A DNA stretch of 64,000 nt, taken from assembly GCA_963789675.1 (NCBI GenBank), contig CAWBLR010000021.1, forward strand, positions 19,585-83,584. The letters are read 5' to 3'. How positions within the stretch are numbered: the stretch's first letter is position 1; each line of letters opens with the position of its first letter. Positions 60,067-64,000 of the stretch are shown piece by piece. The translations under genes were made by a program, and so were the position numbers. Origin of the DNA: an uncultured Solirubrobacterales bacterium. GTDB taxonomy: Bacteria; Actinomycetota; Thermoleophilia; Solirubrobacterales; Solirubrobacteraceae. The notes under the pieces were generated by a model. That model saw only the letters and a program-made list of their open reading frames with translations, had not been told where the DNA came from and did not search any database.

Positions 60067-61599
60067 TCATCGTCGAGGCTGCTGAACCCTCGGCTCAGGT
60101 CGCTGGCGATGCGGTCGAGCAGCCTGGAATCTTGGAGCCGATCGTCCGGCGGGGTCCGATCCTCTGACTGTCCCTGAGCTGGTTTCCGTCGACGCGCTGG
60201 TGCCGGGTGCTCGTAGCAGGGAGGCCGCGAGCGCGACCGCGATCAGCGCGAACGCAGCACCGATCAGGTAGGCGACGTGGTAGCCGCCCAGGAGCGATTC
60301 CAGGCGCGTGTTGCCGGATGCCAGCAAGTGGGTGGTTCGCGAGGCGGCGGCGCTAGTGAGCACCGCGAGTCCAAGCGCGCCGCCCATCATGATCGCAGTG
60401 TTGACCACGCCCGAGGCAACCCCGGATTCGCTCGGCGCGACGTCGCCCATCGCCGCGAGGAGCAGCGGATTCAGGGCCATCCCGCCGCCCAACCCGAACA
60501 GGATCATGCTGGGCAGGATGTCGGGCACGTAGCCGCCGTGCAAGGGTGCCCGAGCGAACAGCAGCAGACCCACGGAGACGAGCCCCAGGCCGGTCGCGAC
60601 CGGCGCCCTGACGCCGTACCGTCCGACCAGCTTCGCCGAGAGCCCGAGGGAGACGCCGCTCATGATCGCGTTTGCCGGCAGGAACGCGAGCCCGACCTGC
60701 AGCGGCGTGTAGCCGAGCACCAGCTGGAGGTACAGGGCCGAGAGGAAGAAAAAGGCGAACATCGCTGCGGCCCACAGGACGCCGACGCCACTCGCCGCCG
60801 ACAGGTTGCGCACACGAAGCATGGCGAGCGGCACGAGCGGGTTCTCGATCCTCGACTCCAGGATCACAAAAATGGCCAGGAGCAGCACGGCGCCGGCGAG
60901 CAGGCCGAGCGTCCGGGCAGACAGCCAGCCGACGTGGTTTCCGTTGACGATCGCGTAGGCCGCAACCATCAGCGCTGAGGTCACGATCACAGCGCCGGCG
61001 AGGTCCAGCCGCTGGCGGCGCAGCCCACGGTCGTCTCCGGGCAGGACGCGCAGCGAGAGGATGCAGACGCTGACGCCGATGGGGACGTTGACCAGGAAGA
61101 TCCAGTGCCAGTCGAGCGCAGAGGTGAGCACGCCCCCGAGCAGGACGCCGAGGCTTCCTCCGCCGGCGCAGACAAACCCGAACACTCCCATCGCCTTGGC
61201 CCGCTCGCCCGGCTCCACGAACAGCGAGACGATCAACGACAGTGCGACCGCAGACGCTACCGCGCCCCCGAACCCCTGGATCGCTCGCGCCGCGATCAGC
61301 ATGCCTTGGGATGACGCCAGACCACACAGCAATGACGTGAACGTAAACAGGGCGATACCGGCGATAAACAGCCGCCGCTGACCAAACAGGTCCCCGAGCC
61401 GGCCACCGAGGAGCAGGAACCCCCCGAACGTCAGCAGGTAGGCGTTGACCACCCAGGCCAGCGATGTCGCCGAGAAGCCCAGATCGGTCTTAATCGACGG
61501 GAGGGCCACACCGACGATCGTGCTATCGAGCACGTTCATGAGCGCCCCGGCGCAGATCACGATCAGAGCAAACCACCGGGCGCCACGTTGCGAAGTCAT
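60067..61599 (-). CDS. DHA2 (EmrB/QacA) MFS efflux transporter
   Basis: LDSTIVGVALPSI; WVVNAYLL; GRLGDLFGQRR; WHWIFLVNVPIG. Confidence 0.95.
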   Translation of the reverse strand: MTSQRGARWFALIVICAGALMNVLDSTIVGVALPSIKTDLGFSATSLAWVVNAYLLTFGGFLLLGGRLGDLFGQRRLFIAGIALFTFTSLLCGLASSQGMLIAARAIQGFGGAVASAVALSLIVSLFVEPGERAKAMGVFGFVCAGGGSLGVLLGGVLTSALDWHWIFLVNVPIGVSVCILSLRVLPGDDRGLRRQRLDLAGAVIVTSALMVAAYAIVNGNHVGWLSARTLGLLAGAVLLLAIFVILESRIENPLVPLAMLRVRNLSAASGVGVLWAAAMFAFFFLSALYLQLVLGYTPLQVGLAFLPANAIMSGVSLGLSAKLVGRYGVRAPVATGLGLVSVGLLLFARAPLHGGYVPDILPSMILFGLGGGMALNPLLLAAMGDVAPSESGVASGVVNTAIMMGGALGLAVLTSAAASRTTHLLASGNTRLESLLGGYHVAYLIGAAFALIAVALAASLLRAPGTSASTETSSGTVRGSDPAGRSAPRFQAARPHRQRPEPRVQQPRR

Positions 61600-61637
61600 C
61601 AGTCAGTTCCTTTCCAATCGGGGTTGTTGATCAGTAG

Positions 61638-62070
61638 CTACGACGTGTAGAGCAGGCGATAGTGCCGGAGCTCCATGCCGTCCGCGAACGCCACCGTGCG
61701 CTCGGGGGCAAGCGCGATCGGCGCCGCGATGTCGCGGTATAGGTGGTTGCCCCGGCCGAGTGCGTTCGGGTAGACGTAGAGCATGTACTCGTCGATCAGC
61801 CGGTGGCTCGTCAGCTCGGCAAGCAGGCTTGGTCCACGAGAGGTGCAAATCCGTCTCGGCCGGAATCCGGCCAACCGCGACCTTCGAGTAGTGGCCGACG
61901 TATTGCTCGTAGACGTTGCGCCCGAAGACGACACCACCGGCGCGATCGAAAAGGTCAACGTAGTGGCGCTGCAACTCGTCGTACCAGTGGGCTGCGGGAT
62001 TGACATCGCCGGCTTCCGTGGAGATGAACCCGTCGGTCGAGATGATCATGTGCAGGACTAGCTTTCGCAT
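61638..62070 (-). pseudogene. DHFR/RibD-C family gene with out-of-frame internal deletion
   Basis: MRKLVLHMIISTDG..FGRNVYE..WT joined to PSLLAEL..LIDEYMLYVYP; central part missing. Confidence 0.8.
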
Positions 62071-62210
62071 GCTGTGACTCCAGGGCTTGGGTTTGGGGCC
62101 TTCTACACGCACGTCGAACGACGCCCGACGAAACCGACACGCTGGCAAAACAATTTCTGAGCGCCCCGAGGCGAACCACGCAACGTCCGGCCGGCCGGGG
62201 GACCTTCGAG
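62057..62210 (-). repeat. Copy 1 of a duplicated promoter/5' module
   Basis: Aligns with 63733-63883; contains TGTCGG-N17-CGAC and ATG CGA AAG CTA GT. Confidence 0.85.
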
Positions 62211-62249
62211 CCCCCGGCCGGGGACGATCGCGCCGGTCGTCGGCCTCCG

Positions 62250-62864
62250 CTACGCGCTCGGCGCTCGCGCGCCGCCCGGGGCTGTGGCATACGGGACCAC
62301 GCGGAACGCGATGTGTGTCGCCGCCGGGGCAACTCGCGCTTCGATGCGTTCGAGCATGATCGATGCGTCGAGCATGCCGAACAGCGGGGTGCCGCCACCG
62401 ACCAGGACCGGGATCACGTGCACGCGGATCTGGTCGACCAGGCCAAGCGGGAGTGCCTGCTGCATGATGGTCGCGCCGTGCAGGCCGACGACCTTGTCAC
62501 CCGCCACGCGCTTGGCCTGCTCAATGGCGCTTGCCGCACCGTCGGTAACGAACGTGAACACAGGCGGGTACGACACGGTCGGCATCCTGTGAGTGACCAC
62601 GAAGCACGGGGTGTCCCTCACCGGGCCTGCGTCACCCCAGCCACCATCGCCCTCGTTCTTATCGAATGACTTGCGGCCCATCACGATCGCACCGAGGCCG
62701 TCGAGCGCCGCCTGAGGGATCGCAGGGTTGTCGTCGGTCGCCTCGTCGAACATCCAGTCGTGCAGCATCTCGGCGCCGTCGCCGAATGGATTCTCGCGGC
62801 TGTCATTGGGGCCTGTGACGTATCCGTCGAGCGACATGGACATGTCGCTGATCACGAGTGCCAT
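62250..62864 (-). CDS. DHFR/RibD-C family protein
   Basis: MSMSLDGYVTGP; VMGRKSF; FVVTH; FTFVTDG; LVGGGTPLF. Confidence 0.92.
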   Translation of the reverse strand: MALVISDMSMSLDGYVTGPNDSRENPFGDGAEMLHDWMFDEATDDNPAIPQAALDGLGAIVMGRKSFDKNEGDGGWGDAGPVRDTPCFVVTHRMPTVSYPPVFTFVTDGAASAIEQAKRVAGDKVVGLHGATIMQQALPLGLVDQIRVHVIPVLVGGGTPLFGMLDASIMLERIEARVAPAATHIAFRVVPYATAPGGARAPSA

Positions 62865-63029
62865 GGGTCACTTCCTTTCGTGTGGGTTGGCGGAGCTGTT
62901 GCATTTCAGTCGTGGCAAGCCGCTGGACACGACGGAGGTGCCTACTTGTCCGTCGAGGACGGCGACGCCGCCGCGTCAGATTTTTTGATATCGGCGTCGC
63001 TGCGTGGTCTCCCCCGCGCGGTGTCGGGC

Positions 63030-63614
63030 TCACAGGCGTCGCAGGTGCAGTCCGACGGCGCCGTGCTCTAAGACGGTGACGCCGGCGGTGTGGAAGCGGG
63101 CAGCGACCCCATCGGGGAACAAGCGCAGTCCCCCGCCGACGAGCACTGGAACGACCGCCAGGCGTAGGTCGTCGATGAGGTCCAGGCGCAGGAGCTCGGC
63201 GATAATGGTGGCGCTGTTGATCACGAGCACGTCGCGGCCGTCGGCGTGGCGCAGTCGCTCGATTTCGGCAGCGAGGTCGCGCGTGATCCGCGAGTTCTCC
63301 CACGGCGCGTCTGCGAGGGTTCGGGAGATCACGACCTTCTCGGTGGCGTCAAGCCAGCGGCCGAGGTCGCGGGTCCGGGGATCGGTGCGCTCGTCGCGAG
63401 TGATGGCGGGCCAGACGGCATGGAAGCCTTCGTAGTTGGTGCGCCCGAGCACGATCGTGTCGGCACCGCGCCAGATGCCCTCGAAGTACTCGGCGGTTGC
63501 CGGCCGGCCTGCGTGCTCGTAGAGCCAGGTGTCGTGACCCGGGCCGCCGGGTCCGCTGGTGTAGCCGTCGAGCGTCAGGCTGGTCCAGGCGACGATTCGG
63601 CGAGTCGTGGTCAT
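63030..63614 (-). CDS. DHFR/RibD-C family protein
   Basis: SLTLDGY; LGRTNYEGF; KVVISRTL; LIDDLRL; GGGLRLF. Confidence 0.92.
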   Translation of the reverse strand: MTTTRRIVAWTSLTLDGYTSGPGGPGHDTWLYEHAGRPATAEYFEGIWRGADTIVLGRTNYEGFHAVWPAITRDERTDPRTRDLGRWLDATEKVVISRTLADAPWENSRITRDLAAEIERLRHADGRDVLVINSATIIAELLRLDLIDDLRLAVVPVLVGGGLRLFPDGVAARFHTAGVTVLEHGAVGLHLRRL

Positions 63615-63732
63615 GGGCGCTCACTCCGTTCGGTTTCGTTGTGTGTCCGCGACCGCGCTCAGGGCGAGGTCGTGCTGGGAGTGCGCGGATCGAGCGATCG
63701 TCCGCGCGAGCTTGGTCGGACACGCGTGCCGT

Positions 63733-63883
63733 ACTAGCTTTCGCATGTTGTGCTCCGGGGTTGTGTTGCGGCCTTCTACACGCACGTCGAACGACGGGGA
63801 CAAAAACCGACACGCTCGCTAAAGAATTAGGTTGGCGCCCAGCCGCGGACCACGTAGCTTCTGGCCGGCAGGGCACCTTCGAG
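63733..63883 (-). repeat. Copy 2 of the duplicated promoter/5' module (gene lost after MRKLV)
   Basis: Aligns with 62057-62210. Confidence 0.85.
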
Positions 63884-64000
63884 GCCGGCGATGGCGAAGT
63901 GCCGCGCGGCGTCTCGTTCACGCCGGGGACCGGCGAATCCCAGGCTCCGCAGGGCGGCTTCGGTCAGGGACAGGGCCCCGGACAAGGACAGGGTCAGGGT

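Noticed and set aside
63900-64000. Gly/Gln repeat (GQGQGPGQGQGQG) at the window edge
   Set aside because: Cut off by the window; gene and start cannot be assigned

Overview
High-GC actinobacterial accessory region. The protein families present (tandem-TetR regulators, Cys-rich secreted beta-proteins with basic tails, a coiled-coil/AT-hook/wHTH protein, a FlgM-like peptide) suggest Solirubrobacterales/Thermoleophilia; this is an inference. No rRNA, tRNA, CRISPR array, integrase or transposase was recognised. Main blocks: (1) a 1610-aa secreted modular protein with a toxin-like helical N-half, followed by decayed remnants; (2) five clustered regulators upstream of a lower-GC locus of secreted proteins (two paralogous ~200-aa Cys-paired proteins, a ~1480-aa Ig/DUF11 protein and an 830-aa beta-propeller); (3) a LexA-boxed imuB-DUF6504-dnaE2 cassette lacking imuA, whose 3' end is duplicated around an AAA-ATPase gene next to a truncated purU; (4) a long stress/resistance mosaic with SoxR and its 19-bp-spacer target promoter, TCS+MMPL, SRAP, VapBC, ars genes, orphan VanRS with a MacAB-like ABC system, MFS and several DHFR-like genes. 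Many 1-nt frameshifts, several in homopolymers, may be assembly errors, but several truncations are genuine.
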